From assembly GCA_963698465.1 (NCBI GenBank), contig CAVOQY010000004.1, forward strand, positions 38,521 through 102,520: DNA of 64,000 nucleotides, read 5' to 3'. Made by a program: the position numbers and the translations under genes. The notes beneath the pieces were generated by a model. That model had not been told where the DNA came from and ran no database searches. It saw only the letters and a program-made list of their open reading frames with translations. The DNA is from an uncultured delta proteobacterium. GTDB lineage: Bacteria; Desulfobacterota; Desulfobacteria; Desulfobacterales; UBA2156. Shown in pieces: positions 1-11,348 of the stretch. Position 1 is the stretch's first letter. Each line of letters opens with the position of its first letter.

Positions 1-760
1 GGGGACACCCCCTTCCCACTTCGACGAGAAAGGATCTCCCGAAGGGGGTCTCCGGGGTTACAATGACGCTTCGCGCCGGGCGTAGGGAAAGGTCCTTGGA
101 AAATGCCCGGCGGATGGTTTCAGGCACATCGGCAAGGATCCGGAAGGACTCCAGTGTGCCGTCTTTGCGGTAGGAAGGCTCATAGAACCGGGGGACGTAG
201 GCGCCTGGGACTTCCCGTGCGATACGCAAAAGCAGCGACCTTCGGTCCTTTCCGTCCCCGGGACCGAATCCGGAAAAGCATTCAAAAAAGGGCCCCGAGA
301 GTTCCTCCGCCTCTCCGATCAGGAAGCAGTCGATGAAAGGAGCGAGAGGTTCGGGGTTTAAAAAGGTGGCGACTCCCCCTGCGACCACCAAGGGGTGGGG
401 GAAGGATCGCTCGGCGGCACGCAAGGGGAGTCCTGCCATTTGAAGGAGGGCAAGGAGGTTGGGGTAATCGTTTTCGAAGGAAACCGAAAAAGCGATGATA
501 TCGGCATCTGCAATGGGTCTTTGTGATTCAAGGGTTAAAATCCTGCAGGGTTTTTGAGCGTCCGGCTCCGGGAAAAAGGCCCGTTCGCAAGATACGCCTA
601 CAAGGGCATTGAAATGAGCGTAGACGGTCTGAAACCCGAGGCTCGACATTCCCAGGGAATACCGGTTGGGATAGACTAGGGCGACCTTCACCCCTCCGGT
701 GTCGAATTTCCGGATGTCCCCGACTTCCTCGGGGGCAAAGCGTCGTCTCTTTCGGGGCAT
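1..760 (-). CDS. B12-binding-domain (class B) radical SAM protein, N-terminal part; gene continues past the left edge
   Basis: Not in the ORF track because there is no stop inside the window. My manual minus-strand translation from the ATG at 760-758 gives MPRKRRRFAPEEVGDIRKFDTGGVKVALVYPNRYSLGMSSLGFQTVYAHFN...ADIIAFSVSFENDYPNLLALL...PLVVAGGVATFLNPEPLAPFIDCFLIGEAEE...SFLVEVGRGCP at the edge. This is a B12-binding-like layout followed by the start of the radical SAM Cys motif. Confidence 0.6.
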   Translation of the reverse strand, partial: MPRKRRRFAPEEVGDIRKFDTGGVKVALVYPNRYSLGMSSLGFQTVYAHFNALVGVSCERAFFPEPDAQKPCRILTLESQRPIADADIIAFSVSFENDYPNLLALLQMAGLPLRAAERSFPHPLVVAGGVATFLNPEPLAPFIDCFLIGEAEELSGPFFECFSGFGPGDGKDRRSLLLRIAREVPGAYVPRFYEPSYRKDGTLESFRILADVPETIRRAFSKDLSLRPARSVIVTPETPFGRSFLVEVGRGCP

Positions 761-845
761 GCCCGTCGATTCCTCTCCGGTTTTGCATCACCGGCGCCCT
801 CTCCGTCCAGGACCACCCTGTGCACGGCCAGGGAGGCCGGCGTTT

Positions 846-2033
846 TCAATCCGCCTTCTTACGCAAAAACGTGGGGACCTCCAAGTCGCCGTTGTCGATG
901 ATCAGCCCTTTATATCCTCTGTAAACCGCCCCGGAGGATTCCCCGGAGGCCTCCTTCACCCGGAGAAAAGTGGGCCTGTCGAAATCCACGCTATGCTCCA
1001 GGTCGGAGGACGTCAAGTCCCGGACACGACCCTTGGGAAAACGGGTCTCGATCTTTTCCGGCCGGGCAGGGATCACCTCCGCTCCGATCCCGGTGGCGAT
1101 CACCGTCACCCGCATCTCATCTCCCAGGCTGTCGTCCAGAACGGCGCCCCAGATGATCTCCGCGTCTTCGCCGACTTCCTTGTAGATCCGTTCAGAAGCT
1201 TCAGTGGTCTCTTCCATGGTGATATTGCTGGAGGAAGTGATGTTCATCAAAACCCCCTTGGCGCCCGAAATCGAGATGTCCTCCAACAGGGGGTGCGAAA
1301 TGGCGTTTTCCGCCGCAAGAATCGCCCGGTTTTCGCCGCTTGCGAAACCGATCCCCATGATGGCCATCCCGGCCTTGGACATGGTGGTACGGACATCGGC
1401 GAAGTCCAGGTTGATGAGCCCGGGGACCATGATGAGATCCGTGATCCCTTTCACCGAGTGCAAAAGAATTTCGTCGGCCTTTCGGAACATGTCCAGCAGG
1501 GTGGCGTGTCGCGGGGCGATTCCCCTGAGTCGGTCATTGGGGATGGTGATCACCGTGTCGGCGACCCCTTTGAGTTTTTCGATCCCTTCCTCGGCCTGCT
1601 TGGAGCGCTTCTTCCCTTCGAAGGAAAACGGTTTGGTGACTACGGCAACGGTCAATGCGCCGATTTCCTTGCAGATTTCGGCAATCACCGGTGCGGCTCC
1701 CGTTCCGGTTCCGCCTCCGAACCCCGCGGTGATAAAGACCATGTGACTGCCCTCGAGGGTGTTTTTCAGGGTGTCCCAGGTCTCCAAGGCAGCTTCCCGT
1801 CCCAGCTGGGGGTTGGCACCCGCCCCAAGGCCCTCCGTGAGGCATTCCCCCATCTGGATCTTGATGGCGGCCTTGGACACTTCCAGAGCCTGGCAATCGG
1901 TGTTGGCCGCGATGAACTCCACCCCCTGCAGATTGGACGAAATCATGTTGTTGATGGCGTTCCCTCCCCCCCCGCCCACACCGATGACCTTGATCCTGGC
2001 GGACTTCGAACTTTCCACGAACTTGAACATCAT
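846..2033 (-). CDS. ftsZ: cell division GTPase FtsZ
   Basis: Motifs IKVIGVGGGGGNAINNM and FITAGFGGGTGTGAAPV (tubulin signature), plus GLGAGANP. It is the terminal gene of the dcw cluster. Confidence 0.97.
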   Translation of the reverse strand: MMFKFVESSKSARIKVIGVGGGGGNAINNMISSNLQGVEFIAANTDCQALEVSKAAIKIQMGECLTEGLGAGANPQLGREAALETWDTLKNTLEGSHMVFITAGFGGGTGTGAAPVIAEICKEIGALTVAVVTKPFSFEGKKRSKQAEEGIEKLKGVADTVITIPNDRLRGIAPRHATLLDMFRKADEILLHSVKGITDLIMVPGLINLDFADVRTTMSKAGMAIMGIGFASGENRAILAAENAISHPLLEDISISGAKGVLMNITSSSNITMEETTEASERIYKEVGEDAEIIWGAVLDDSLGDEMRVTVIATGIGAEVIPARPEKIETRFPKGRVRDLTSSDLEHSVDFDRPTFLRVKEASGESSGAVYRGYKGLIIDNGDLEVPTFLRKKAD

Positions 2034-2068
2034 TTCCCCACCTCCTTGTTTGGTTTCCGGTTCCTGTG

Positions 2069-3295
2069 TCAGATGACCTCCTTAAACCATCTCCGCATTC
2101 GATCCATGACCCGATTGAAAATATTTTTATCCCGGATTCTGAATTTCTTTCGGTTCGTGCTCTTGGCACCGTATTTCACCAGCCCCACACCGGTGGCGTA
2201 CATGGGATTGTTCACGACATCCGTGAGTCCGCCGATTCCCTGGGGGCGGCCGATCCGAACCGGGGTGTTGAAAATGGATTCCGCGATCTCCACCACATCT
2301 TCCAGGAGTGCCGTGCCGCCGGTGATCACCATTCCCGAAGTGATGGCGTTTTCCATCTCCGCACGGTAGAGTTCCCGCTTGACGATGTTGAAAATCTCTT
2401 CCATCCTTGGTTCGATGATCTCCGCCAGAATCTGCCGCGAAAGTTTCCTCGGCGCGTGGGTTCCGGTCCCCTGAACCTCGATCATCTCGTCGGTTTTCAC
2501 GTTCTTCGCGATGCAGATGCCGTATCTCAGCTTGATCTTTTCCGCCTCTGCCAGGGGTGCCCGCAGACCCACGGCGATATCATTGGTGACGTTGTTGCCT
2601 CCGAGGGCGAGGACAAACGTGTGTCTGACGTTTTTGTCCCTGAAGACCGCCAGGTCCGTGGTTCCTCCCCCCACATCCAGCAAAGCGGCCCCCAGGTCTT
2701 TTTCCTCTTCCGTGAGGACCGACTCGCCCGAGGCCAGAGGCTCCAAAACGATATCGCAGACATCGAGGCCGGCGCGGTTGGCGCATTTGACGATGTTGTG
2801 AGCGGAAGTCACCGCGCCGGTGACGATGTGGATCTTGGTTTCAAGGCGCACCCCCGACATGCCCACCGGATTCTGGATTCCGTTCTGGTCGTCCACGATG
2901 AATTCCTGGGGAATGACGTGAATCACCTCCCGGTCCATGGGGATCGCCACGGCGCGGGCCGCTTCCACCACCCGGTTTACGTCGTGTTGGGTGATTTCGG
3001 GCCCCTTGACGGCGATGATGCCCCGGCTGTTGAAGCCGGTGATGTGACCGCCCGCGATCCCGGCGTAGACCGAGGAAATCTCGCAACCGGCCATCAATTC
3101 GGCTTCCTCAATGGCCTTTTTAATGGAGTCCACCGTGGACTCTATGTTCACGACGACCCCTTTCCTCAGGCCGACGGAGGGATGGGTTCCGATCCCCACG
3201 ATCTGGATCTCCTTCCCTTGGGCTTCCCCCACCACCGCGCAGATCTTGGTGGTCCCGATGTCCAGCCCGACGACGATCTCTTTGTTCCTCTGCAT
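2069..3295 (-). CDS. ftsA: cell division protein FtsA (actin-like ATPase)
   Basis: VVGLDIGTTKICAVVGE and LDVGGGTTDLAVF phosphate-binding motifs. It lies between ftsQ and ftsZ. Confidence 0.95.
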   Translation of the reverse strand: MQRNKEIVVGLDIGTTKICAVVGEAQGKEIQIVGIGTHPSVGLRKGVVVNIESTVDSIKKAIEEAELMAGCEISSVYAGIAGGHITGFNSRGIIAVKGPEITQHDVNRVVEAARAVAIPMDREVIHVIPQEFIVDDQNGIQNPVGMSGVRLETKIHIVTGAVTSAHNIVKCANRAGLDVCDIVLEPLASGESVLTEEEKDLGAALLDVGGGTTDLAVFRDKNVRHTFVLALGGNNVTNDIAVGLRAPLAEAEKIKLRYGICIAKNVKTDEMIEVQGTGTHAPRKLSRQILAEIIEPRMEEIFNIVKRELYRAEMENAITSGMVITGGTALLEDVVEIAESIFNTPVRIGRPQGIGGLTDVVNNPMYATGVGLVKYGAKSTNRKKFRIRDKNIFNRVMDRMRRWFKEVI

Positions 3296-4144
3296 TTAGG
3301 CCTCCCTGCCGGTTTCGGACCCCGGCCTGGTCTGAACCGGGGTCACGATGATCCGGTCCGTCTCCATCACGTCGATGGTGTCGACGTCGGAGATGGTTTC
3401 GATGGCGGTCAGCTGAAAAAGGGCCCGCTTGAACCCCTGCAATTTCGCGGCAAAGTCGCGATATCCCATGCGGACAGCCTTTCCTCCCCCGAAAAGACAC
3501 AGCGTGATTCCGGTCTCGGGATCCGCATTAAGCGCATGCAGTCCATGTTCGAAAAGCTCCGGATCCGAAGTCCGCACCAGGTTCAAAGCGGTCAGGGCTG
3601 ATTCCCAAGCTTCGCCCGCCGGGGAACCTGTCGCATGGATGCTCGAAAAGTCCAGGCCCCGGATCACCGGCAGGTCTTTAGGGTCCTGCGGGGACCACGC
3701 TTTAAAGATTTCCCCTTTGCCATTGACCAAAAAAAGCGTACCGAGGTCCACCAGGGCGAGCGGCTGTTGCTCCTGGATCCGGATTTCCACCGTGTCCGGG
3801 AGCTGTCTTTTCACCGTCGCGTCCACGATCCACGGATGCGCCAGAAGTCTTTTCCGCATCAGGGACAGGTTCATGGCGAGCACGCTTTTCCCTATATCGA
3901 TTTGCGCCTGTTCCAGCACGGCTTCCCTTGAAAGCTGAACGGTGCCTTCCAACGCAATGGTTTTCGCGTTGAAATAAGACGCCTGGGTGACCATGTCATG
4001 GGCGAAAATGAGCCCAGCGCTTAAGGCGAGCAGAAACGACAACCCGAAGACGAGCTTGGAAACGTTCACGAAAAAAAGGCCCGCGCGTTCCTTTTTTCGC
4101 TTCCGATCGGTCTTGTATCGGTTTTTTTTGGACTTAGGATCCAA
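3296..4144 (-). CDS. ftsQ: cell division protein FtsQ/DivIB
   Basis: Basic N-terminus, a single TM helix (LVFGLSFLLALSAGLIF), then a POTRA-like region (TIALEGTVQLSREAVLEQAQI). It lies between murB and ftsA and overlaps the murB stop by 11 nt. Confidence 0.85.
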   Translation of the reverse strand: MDPKSKKNRYKTDRKRKKERAGLFFVNVSKLVFGLSFLLALSAGLIFAHDMVTQASYFNAKTIALEGTVQLSREAVLEQAQIDIGKSVLAMNLSLMRKRLLAHPWIVDATVKRQLPDTVEIRIQEQQPLALVDLGTLFLVNGKGEIFKAWSPQDPKDLPVIRGLDFSSIHATGSPAGEAWESALTALNLVRTSDPELFEHGLHALNADPETGITLCLFGGGKAVRMGYRDFAAKLQGFKRALFQLTAIETISDVDTIDVMETDRIIVTPVQTRPGSETGREA

Positions 4145-5159
4145 TGATTTTCACCTCAGGCTCCAGGTGGACACCAAAAACCTGCGACACCGTCTCCTGC
4201 ACCTGTTTTGCAAGCGCCAGGACATCGGACGCGCTAGCCTTGCCGGTATTCACGAGGAAGTTGGCGTGCCGCCTGGACACACGTGCGCCGCCCATGCTTT
4301 TTCCCTTGAGTCCTGCGGAATCGATGAGCTCCCCTGCACTTTTGGCGCCTGGAGGGTTTTTAAAAAAACACCCCGCGCTGGGTGACCGCCAGGGCTGCTT
4401 TTCCCTGCGTGCCTTGAGAAGCGCATCCGCCTCCGCCTTGAGCAGGTTCGGGTCAGCCCGATGGAGCCGGAAAAACCCGGACAAAAGGACAACCTTATCC
4501 TCCACGGAATCCGACTCGGCTCCCCATTGCAGGCGTCGGCAGGAAAATCTCAGCCGTTCACGGGAGACCGTTTCCGGATCTTTTCCGGGATGAAGGATCT
4601 CGACAGCCTCCACCACGTCCGCCATGCACCCTTGGGGCGTACCGGCATTCATCATCAGTGCCCCTCCGACGGTTCCGGGAATCCCGACGGCGAAATTCAG
4701 TCCGGCAAGACCCGAATCCACGGCAAAGCGGCACAGCATCCGTGTGCGGGCACCCGCCAGGGCACGAACCGTGGCCCCCCCGTTTTCCGCACGGTGGATG
4801 CTTATCGTGCGAAACCCGGAAGCCCAGGTTACCACCACCCCCCGGACCCCTGCATCCGTGACCAGGAGGTTGGTCCCGTCTCCCACCGTGAGAAAGGAAA
4901 TGCCGTTTTCCCTGCAGAAGCTTATGAGCATTTTAAGCTCCCCAATCCCCTTTACCGATACGAAGGCATCGGCCGGACCCCCTATCCGGAAGGAGGTATG
5001 CCGGGACATGGGCTCATCGAATCGAACCGCCTTTCCAAAGCGATGGACAAGCCACTTCCTGTCCTTATGCCCGAGAGCCTGCTTTGCCCGACCTTTGTCG
5101 CGAGGCGGTTTTCGATGCGCTGTCATCCGTTGACTGCTCCGGCTTCCGGAGGCCTTCAT
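4134..5159 (-). CDS. murB: UDP-N-acetylenolpyruvoylglucosamine reductase MurB
   Basis: [36 protein letters not shown] and SAGCFFKNP motifs. I chose the start at 5159 because it forms an ATGA overlap with the murC stop (5156-5158). The ORF-track start at 5195 and an ATG at 5126 are alternatives. Confidence 0.9.
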   Translation of the reverse strand: MKASGSRSSQRMTAHRKPPRDKGRAKQALGHKDRKWLVHRFGKAVRFDEPMSRHTSFRIGGPADAFVSVKGIGELKMLISFCRENGISFLTVGDGTNLLVTDAGVRGVVVTWASGFRTISIHRAENGGATVRALAGARTRMLCRFAVDSGLAGLNFAVGIPGTVGGALMMNAGTPQGCMADVVEAVEILHPGKDPETVSRERLRFSCRRLQWGAESDSVEDKVVLLSGFFRLHRADPNLLKAEADALLKARREKQPWRSPSAGCFFKNPPGAKSAGELIDSAGLKGKSMGGARVSRRHANFLVNTGKASASDVLALAKQVQETVSQVFGVHLEPEVKIIGS

Positions 5160-6526
5160 TCTTGTTTTTGTATGAAGCGTTCCCCGGCTTTCCACACATC
5201 CCCCGCTCCCAAGGTGAGCAGGAGATCCCCCGGTTTTAAAATTTTCTCCAGAACCTCGGGAACCGCTTCCAGATCTTCCACATACTGGACATCCTTGTGC
5301 CCGTGCGCCTGGATGCCTTCGTAAAGCCTCCGGCCGCTCACGCCTTCGATTTCCGCTTCGCTGGCGGCATAGATGGGCAGCACCACCAGGACATCGGACT
5401 GGTAAAAAGCCCGGGTAAAATCGTCGAACAGGGCCCGGGTCCGCGTGAAACGATGCGGTTGAAAGACCACGACGGTTCGCCGGTCCGGCCAGCTTTGTTT
5501 GATGGCCTCCAAGGTCGCCTTGATCTCCGTGGGGTGATGCCCGTAATCATCCACAACCGTGACCCCCTGCGCCTCTCCCTTGATTTCCAACCGGCGCTGA
5601 ACCCCTTCCACCGAAGCCATCGCGCCTCGGATTTTGTCGAAGGGGATTCCCAGCTCCATTCCGACGGCGACGGCCGCCAGGGCGTTGGAAACGTTGTGTA
5701 CCCCCGGCAGATTCAAAACCATCCGCCCCAGGTCCTTTTCCTTGAAACTCACCGCAAAACTGCTCCTGAGCCCTTCAAAGGCGACATCCTTTGCCTGGAA
5801 ATCCGCTTGAACGCTCATGCCGTAAGTCGTAAACCGCTTCCCCAGTCGCGGAATCAGCTCCTGAACAGGCTCGTTGTCCAGACAGAGAACCGCCAGGCCG
5901 TAGAAGGGGATGCGTTGGACAAAACCTAAAAACGCCTCCTTGATGGCATCGAGATTCTCATAATAGTCGAGATGCTCCCGATCCATATTGGTGACCACTG
6001 CAATGGTGGGCGACATTTTCAGGAAGGAACCGTCGCTTTCGTCGGCCTCGGCGACGATAAAATCCCCCTTGCCCAGGACGGCGTTGGATCCGATCCCCTT
6101 GAGCTTCCCACCGACAACGACGGTGGGATCGAGGCCACCCGCCGCCAGCACCGACGCCACCAGGGAGGTGGTCGTGGTCTTCCCGTGGGCTCCTGCCACG
6201 GCCACGCTGTACTTCAGGCGCATCAACTCCGCCAGCATCTCCGCCCGCGGGATCACCGGAATCGAGGCCTTTTTGGCTCCCAGGACTTCCGGGTTGTCGA
6301 GTTTCACCGCCGACGAGATCACCACGACGTCGGCCCCCTGAACCTGATCTTCACTGTGTCCTTCGTGGAAGGTGCCGCCCAACCGCTGAAGGCGCCGGGT
6401 CAGATCCGACTCTTTCAGGTCCGATCCCGAAACCTTGTAACCCAGGTTGAGCAGCAGCTCGGCGATGCCGCTCATGCCGATACCCCCGATTCCAACGAAA
6501 TGGATATGATATTTCTTCAGATACAT
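5156..6526 (-). CDS. murC: UDP-N-acetylmuramate--L-alanine ligase MurC
   Basis: [22 protein letters not shown] and [12 protein letters not shown]-loop. The track ORF extends to 6808, but that 5-prime part overlaps murG. The ATG at 6526 ([10 protein letters not shown]) lies just after the murG stop. Confidence 0.93.
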   Translation of the reverse strand: MYLKKYHIHFVGIGGIGMSGIAELLLNLGYKVSGSDLKESDLTRRLQRLGGTFHEGHSEDQVQGADVVVISSAVKLDNPEVLGAKKASIPVIPRAEMLAELMRLKYSVAVAGAHGKTTTTSLVASVLAAGGLDPTVVVGGKLKGIGSNAVLGKGDFIVAEADESDGSFLKMSPTIAVVTNMDREHLDYYENLDAIKEAFLGFVQRIPFYGLAVLCLDNEPVQELIPRLGKRFTTYGMSVQADFQAKDVAFEGLRSSFAVSFKEKDLGRMVLNLPGVHNVSNALAAVAVGMELGIPFDKIRGAMASVEGVQRRLEIKGEAQGVTVVDDYGHHPTEIKATLEAIKQSWPDRRTVVVFQPHRFTRTRALFDDFTRAFYQSDVLVVLPIYAASEAEIEGVSGRRLYEGIQAHGHKDVQYVEDLEAVPEVLEKILKPGDLLLTLGAGDVWKAGERFIQKQE

Positions 6527-6536
6527 CCGGCAGCAG

Positions 6537-7676
6537 TCATCCTTTCTGTCTTCTAGATAAAAACCCGGCCTTTTTTCGATCGCGATCCAAGAGCGCATAG
6601 AGATCGTCGACGATAGTTGCCGCGGCATCCGGTTTCCCGAAAGCCTTCGCCCGCTGAGCCATTCGGGAAAGCGTCTCCGGTCTGTCAGCCAAATGGACGA
6701 TCCTTTGAGCCAGCAGACTTGCATCGAGTTGGTCCTGGGGGAAGGTTTCAGCGGCACCGGCATCCGACAGTTCCCGGGCATTGTGTGTCTGGTGATCGTC
6801 CGCCGCAAAGGGGAAGGGAACGAACAGCGCCGGTTTCCCCAGCGCCGTCAACTCGGCGACGGTGGAGGCGCCCGACCGGCAGAGGACCAGATCGGAGGCA
6901 GCGTATTGTTTGTCCATATCGTCGAAAAAAGGAGCGACGGTGGCCAAAACCCCGGATTCGGCGTACGCCTCGCGGACCCAGGAGGCATCCGCGGATCCTG
7001 TCTGATGGATGAAGCGAAACCTCTCCTTGTCCGGAAGCAGCGGAAGGGCGCGGGTCATCACCCCATTGATGGCGTGGGCCCCCTGACTGCCTCCGATGAC
7101 CAGAACCGTAAACCGGCCCTGCACACGCCCCGCATCCCTGGAAACGGTCAAAATGGATTTACGGACGGGGTTTCCGGTGAAAAGCACCCGATTGCTCTTC
7201 AGGCGATCCCGGGTGCCGGGGAAAGAAACATAGAGCCGGTCCGCCAGATGAAACAGCACGCGGTTGGTCATTCCGGGCAATCGGTTCTGCTCGCAGAGCA
7301 CGATCTTTTTCCCTGAAAGCCAGCCGGCCAGCACCACGACACCTGAGGCATAGCTTCCCAGGCCGACGAGGATGTCCGGACGGAAACGGGAGACGATTCG
7401 GGTGGAATCCCACACCCCTTTGGGCATCTTGGCCATAGAGGCGAGTTTTTCCGAAAGATGCCTCCCTTTGATCCCCTCTGCATGAATCACGGCCCACCGA
7501 AACCCGGCCTTTTCCAAGGCCGCCCGCTCGAAGGGCCTTCCGGTATTGACGAAAAGGATTTCATTTTCCCTGTTTCTCGCCATGAGTTCCTGGGCGACGG
7601 CGATTCCGGGGAAGAGATGCCCTCCCGTTCCCCCTCCTCCGAACAGAACACGTATGCGCTTTGTAACAGCGTTCAT
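6537..7676 (-). CDS. murG: undecaprenyldiphospho-muramoylpentapeptide beta-N-acetylglucosaminyltransferase MurG
   Basis: [21 protein letters not shown]-terminal motif and a GT28 layout. It sits in the dcw cluster. Confidence 0.93.
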   Translation of the reverse strand: MNAVTKRIRVLFGGGGTGGHLFPGIAVAQELMARNRENEILFVNTGRPFERAALEKAGFRWAVIHAEGIKGRHLSEKLASMAKMPKGVWDSTRIVSRFRPDILVGLGSYASGVVVLAGWLSGKKIVLCEQNRLPGMTNRVLFHLADRLYVSFPGTRDRLKSNRVLFTGNPVRKSILTVSRDAGRVQGRFTVLVIGGSQGAHAINGVMTRALPLLPDKERFRFIHQTGSADASWVREAYAESGVLATVAPFFDDMDKQYAASDLVLCRSGASTVAELTALGKPALFVPFPFAADDHQTHNARELSDAGAAETFPQDQLDASLLAQRIVHLADRPETLSRMAQRAKAFGKPDAAATIVDDLYALLDRDRKKAGFLSRRQKG

Positions 7677-8842
7677 CGGCCGTTTCTTCCCGCTGCCAGG
7701 AGTTTGTTGGGGGAAGCTTCGATGCTCATCAAAATGCCGATGGACGCCATGTTCAGGAGCAATGACGAGCCCCCGTAGCTGAGGAAAGGAAGCGCCAGTC
7801 CCTTGGTCGGAAGGAGCCCCAGGGTCACCCCCATGTTGACGAAAACCTGCAGGCCGAGGGCCACCGTCAACCCGGCCGCCAGGTACGCGCCGAAAGGATC
7901 AACGGTCTTGAGCGCGATCCGGATACCCCTCCAGACGATCAGGCCGTAAAGCCCTAAGATCGCCAGGACGCCCACCAGACCCAGCTCCTCGCCCACGATG
8001 GAAAAGATGAAATCGGTATGCGGCTCCGGAAGATAGAACAGTTTCTGGTACCCGTTCCCGAGGCCCACGCCCCAAATGCCGCCGCTTCCGAAGGCCAGTA
8101 GGGAATGAATGATCTGGTACCCCTCGTCCCCCGGATAGGCCCAAGGATCCATGAAGCTGATGAGCCGCCGCATCCGGTACTTGGCGTCCATCATGAACAG
8201 AACTGCCGCCGGAAGCAGGAGTAAAAGAGCTGAGCTCAAATGGAGAAGGCGCACCCCTCCGACGAAAAGCATGATCCATGTGACAGCGCCCAGGATCACC
8301 ACCGACCCGAAGTCCGGCTCATACAGGATCAAAAGGGCGAAGGCGGCATACATCACGACATGCGGCACAAACCCGATGCTGAATTCCCGGATGTGATCCG
8401 TTTTTTTGCTCAACGAATAGGCCAGGTAGATCACCAGCGCCAGGCGGGCGAATTCGGAAGGTTGGAAGGAAAAGGCGCCGAACCTCAGCCAGCGCGCGCT
8501 CCCCCCGGCCGAGTAGCCCCATGGAGAGACATGAATCGCCGCCAAAAGAGCCAGGGCTGCAAAAACCAACGGATAGGCCAGGCTTCGGTACCAAGGATAG
8601 GGGACATGGCGGCAGACCACCAGCACCACGATTCCCGCGATCGCGAAGATCCCCTGCTTTTTCAAGAAGAAGTAGTCATTGCCGAATTTCTTCAGGGCCA
8701 AGGCTGAACTCGCGCTGTAGATCATGACGATTCCGATGCCCACCAGAAAGAGCACTGGAAAGAGCAAGGTGACATCGTAACGTGCTTTCTGAGGCCAGGT
8801 GGCTCCATGCGCCGGGATCTGGAGTTGTCGACTCTCGCTCAT
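7673..8842 (-). CDS. ftsW: SEDS-family peptidoglycan polymerase / lipid II flippase FtsW
   Basis: Polytopic membrane protein with PEPHTDFIFSIVGEELG and LPTKGLALPFLSYGGSS motifs. It has 4-nt overlaps with murG and murD. Confidence 0.92.
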   Translation of the reverse strand: MSESRQLQIPAHGATWPQKARYDVTLLFPVLFLVGIGIVMIYSASSALALKKFGNDYFFLKKQGIFAIAGIVVLVVCRHVPYPWYRSLAYPLVFAALALLAAIHVSPWGYSAGGSARWLRFGAFSFQPSEFARLALVIYLAYSLSKKTDHIREFSIGFVPHVVMYAAFALLILYEPDFGSVVILGAVTWIMLFVGGVRLLHLSSALLLLLPAAVLFMMDAKYRMRRLISFMDPWAYPGDEGYQIIHSLLAFGSGGIWGVGLGNGYQKLFYLPEPHTDFIFSIVGEELGLVGVLAILGLYGLIVWRGIRIALKTVDPFGAYLAAGLTVALGLQVFVNMGVTLGLLPTKGLALPFLSYGGSSLLLNMASIGILMSIEASPNKLLAAGRNGR

Positions 8843-10239
8843 GACAAGGCCTCGACCGCTTTCCGAAAAGCTTCACCGCGATGGGCATAGTTGTTGAACA
8901 GGTCAAAACTGGCGCAGGCCGGGGAGAGCAGCACCACATCGCCCGGCGTCGCCGCCCGGAAGGCGGTCACAACCGCCTCTTGCATGGTTTCGACCTCCGT
9001 CATGGAAACTGCGCCTTCCAGTGCCTCTCGAATTTTCCCGGAAGCCTCCCCCAAGAGAATGACTCTGCGGGTGCGGCGCGCCACCGCTTCCCGAAGCAAA
9101 GCGAAATTGCTTCCCTTGTCGCGCCCGCCCAGGATGAGAATCAGGGGGGAGCAATACGCTTCCAGCGCGCAAAGCACCGAATAAACATTGGTGGCCTTGG
9201 AATCGTTGACGAACCGGACATCCCTGACAACCGAAACGGTCTCGAGGCGGTGGGGAAGCCCTTTAAAGTCGTTGAGGGCCGCCTGGATGCCTTCAGGGGA
9301 GGCCCCTGCCGACAGAGCGCCCAGGCAGGCGGCTGCGGCGTTTTCCTTTCCGAACCTTCCGGTGAAATAAGTCCCTTCCAGATCGAAACCGCCTTCGGGA
9401 CCGATGTGCGTCCCGACAACCGCCGCTTCGATCCCGTGAAGAAAAATCCGGTTTCCTGAAAACGTGGTCCCGGATTCTTCCATGGTTTTGCCTGAAAAAT
9501 AAAGTCTCCGGCTCCGGACGGCGCCGGTGACGGACCGGACGATGGAGTCGGCGCCGTTGAGCACGGCGACATCGTGCGCCGTCTGGTTTTGAAAAAGCCT
9601 TCCCTTGGAACGTGCATAGGACATGAGATCCGGATAGCGATCCAGATGGTCAGGGGTCACGTTCAGGAGAAGGCCCACCTCCGGGCGGAAAGTGCTCGCC
9701 GTATCCAGCTGGAAACTGCTCACCTCCAGTACCACCGCATCCACGATTTCGCCCCCGTCCACATGACCGATGAGAGGGTTGCCGATGTTCCCTCCCACAA
9801 AAACCCGCTTCCCGGAATGCTTCAGCATCTCTCCTATCAACGCCGTGGTGGTGGTTTTTCCATTCGTGCCCGTCACCGCCACCATGGGTTTTTCGACATA
9901 CAACGAGGCCAGCTCCATCTCGCCGGTCACCGGAACCCCGGCCTTTTCAGCCGCCGCCACCTCCGGAATCGCCTGGGGGACGCCCGGGCTCAGCACGATG
10001 AGATCCGCACGCCTGAAGGTGGTTTCCCGATGCCCTCCCAGTTCCAGGATGACCCCCATTCTGCGGCACTCCCCGGGATAGGCCCCAAGCCCCACCGCCT
10101 CGGCTTGATCCGTCACGGTCACCCGCGCTTTCCTTTTTGCCAGAAACCGGGCCAAAGCGATTCCCGTAAGCCCCAGCCCCACCACCAGAACCCGCCGGTT
10201 CTCCAGGTCCATGGCCGGGGACGATTTCTTCGCGTCCAT
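8839..10239 (-). CDS. murD: UDP-N-acetylmuramoylalanine--D-glutamate ligase MurD
   Basis: VVGLGLTGIALARFL Rossmann motif and VTGTNGKTTTT P-loop. Confidence 0.92.
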   Translation of the reverse strand: MDAKKSSPAMDLENRRVLVVGLGLTGIALARFLAKRKARVTVTDQAEAVGLGAYPGECRRMGVILELGGHRETTFRRADLIVLSPGVPQAIPEVAAAEKAGVPVTGEMELASLYVEKPMVAVTGTNGKTTTTALIGEMLKHSGKRVFVGGNIGNPLIGHVDGGEIVDAVVLEVSSFQLDTASTFRPEVGLLLNVTPDHLDRYPDLMSYARSKGRLFQNQTAHDVAVLNGADSIVRSVTGAVRSRRLYFSGKTMEESGTTFSGNRIFLHGIEAAVVGTHIGPEGGFDLEGTYFTGRFGKENAAAACLGALSAGASPEGIQAALNDFKGLPHRLETVSVVRDVRFVNDSKATNVYSVLCALEAYCSPLILILGGRDKGSNFALLREAVARRTRRVILLGEASGKIREALEGAVSMTEVETMQEAVVTAFRAATPGDVVLLSPACASFDLFNNYAHRGEAFRKAVEALS

Positions 10240-10267
10240 ATCCGCCTGTTCCGTTTTGCTGCTCCTA

Positions 10268-11347
10268 TCACCGCAGTTTCAACGTGCTCATGGACAAAAG
10301 CGCCAAAGCGATGGCGATGATCCAGAAGCGCACGATGACCTTGGGTTCCGCCCAGCCCTTGAGTTCGAAATGGTGATGCAGGGGCGCCATCCTGAAAATC
10401 CTGCGGCCGTGGGTCATCTTGAAGTAGCCGACCTGAAAAATGACCGAAAGCGCTTCGATGACGAAAAGCCCGCCCACCAGAATCATCAGGATTTCCTGTT
10501 TGGTGATCACCGCCACACCTCCAAGGCCGGCCCCCAGGGAAAGGGACCCTACATCCCCCATGAAGACCTGGGCCGGATAGGTGTTGAACCACAAAAAACC
10601 CAGCCCGGCTCCCACCAGGGCCCCGCAGAAAACCGTCACCTCGCCGCTTCCGAAAACGTATTGGATCTGCAGATAGTCGGCGATCTTCACATGTCCGGCG
10701 ACATAGGAAAAAACCATGTACGTGGCGGCGGCGATGGTGACGGGCCCGATGGCCAACCCGTCCAGCCCGTCCGTAAGGTTCACGGCATTGGATGCTCCGG
10801 AAATAACCAGGGCGGCGAAGAGGATGTACAGCCAACCCAGGTCGGGGGAGATGTTCTTGAAAAAGGGGACGGTCACCCGGGTGTCGAAGCTGGGATTGAG
10901 GTAAATCAGCACCGCGGCGAGCAGAGCCGCGGAAACCTGCAGGACGAGCTTCTGCCTGACGGTCAGACCCTTGTTGAGCTTCTTGATCTGCTTGAGGTAG
11001 TCGTCCCAGAAACCGATGGCGCCGTAAGACAGCGTGATCAGCAAAAGGATCCAGATGTAGTAATTGGTCAGGTTGGCCCAAAGAAGGGTGGAGGAAAAAA
11101 CCGAAAGCAAAACCAGCGTGCCGCCCATGGTGGGGGTTCCGGCTTTTTGATGGTGCATGCGGGGGCCGTCCTCCCGGATGTACTGACCGATTTGGAGACG
11201 GGTAAGCATCCGGATGACATAGGGTCCCAGGATAAAACAGATCAAAAATGCCGTCAGGCTGGCATAGATGGTCCTGAACGTGATGTAGCGGAAGACGTTG
11301 AACGCGGATACGGACGTATGAAAGGCAAAAAAGATGTGGTAAAGCAT
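10268..11347 (-). CDS. mraY: phospho-N-acetylmuramoyl-pentapeptide transferase MraY
   Basis: [22 protein letters not shown] and APLHHHFE motifs in a polytopic membrane protein. Confidence 0.95.
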   Translation of the reverse strand: MLYHIFFAFHTSVSAFNVFRYITFRTIYASLTAFLICFILGPYVIRMLTRLQIGQYIREDGPRMHHQKAGTPTMGGTLVLLSVFSSTLLWANLTNYYIWILLLITLSYGAIGFWDDYLKQIKKLNKGLTVRQKLVLQVSAALLAAVLIYLNPSFDTRVTVPFFKNISPDLGWLYILFAALVISGASNAVNLTDGLDGLAIGPVTIAAATYMVFSYVAGHVKIADYLQIQYVFGSGEVTVFCGALVGAGLGFLWFNTYPAQVFMGDVGSLSLGAGLGGVAVITKQEILMILVGGLFVIEALSVIFQVGYFKMTHGRRIFRMAPLHHHFELKGWAEPKVIVRFWIIAIALALLSMSTLKLR

Positions 11348-11348
11348 G

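Noticed and set aside
699-3601. Long plus-strand ORFs 699-2369 (556 aa) and 2066-3601 (511 aa)
   Set aside because: They lie antisense to ftsZ and ftsA, which carry canonical motifs. The products are Gly/Arg/His/Pro/Asp-rich with no motifs.
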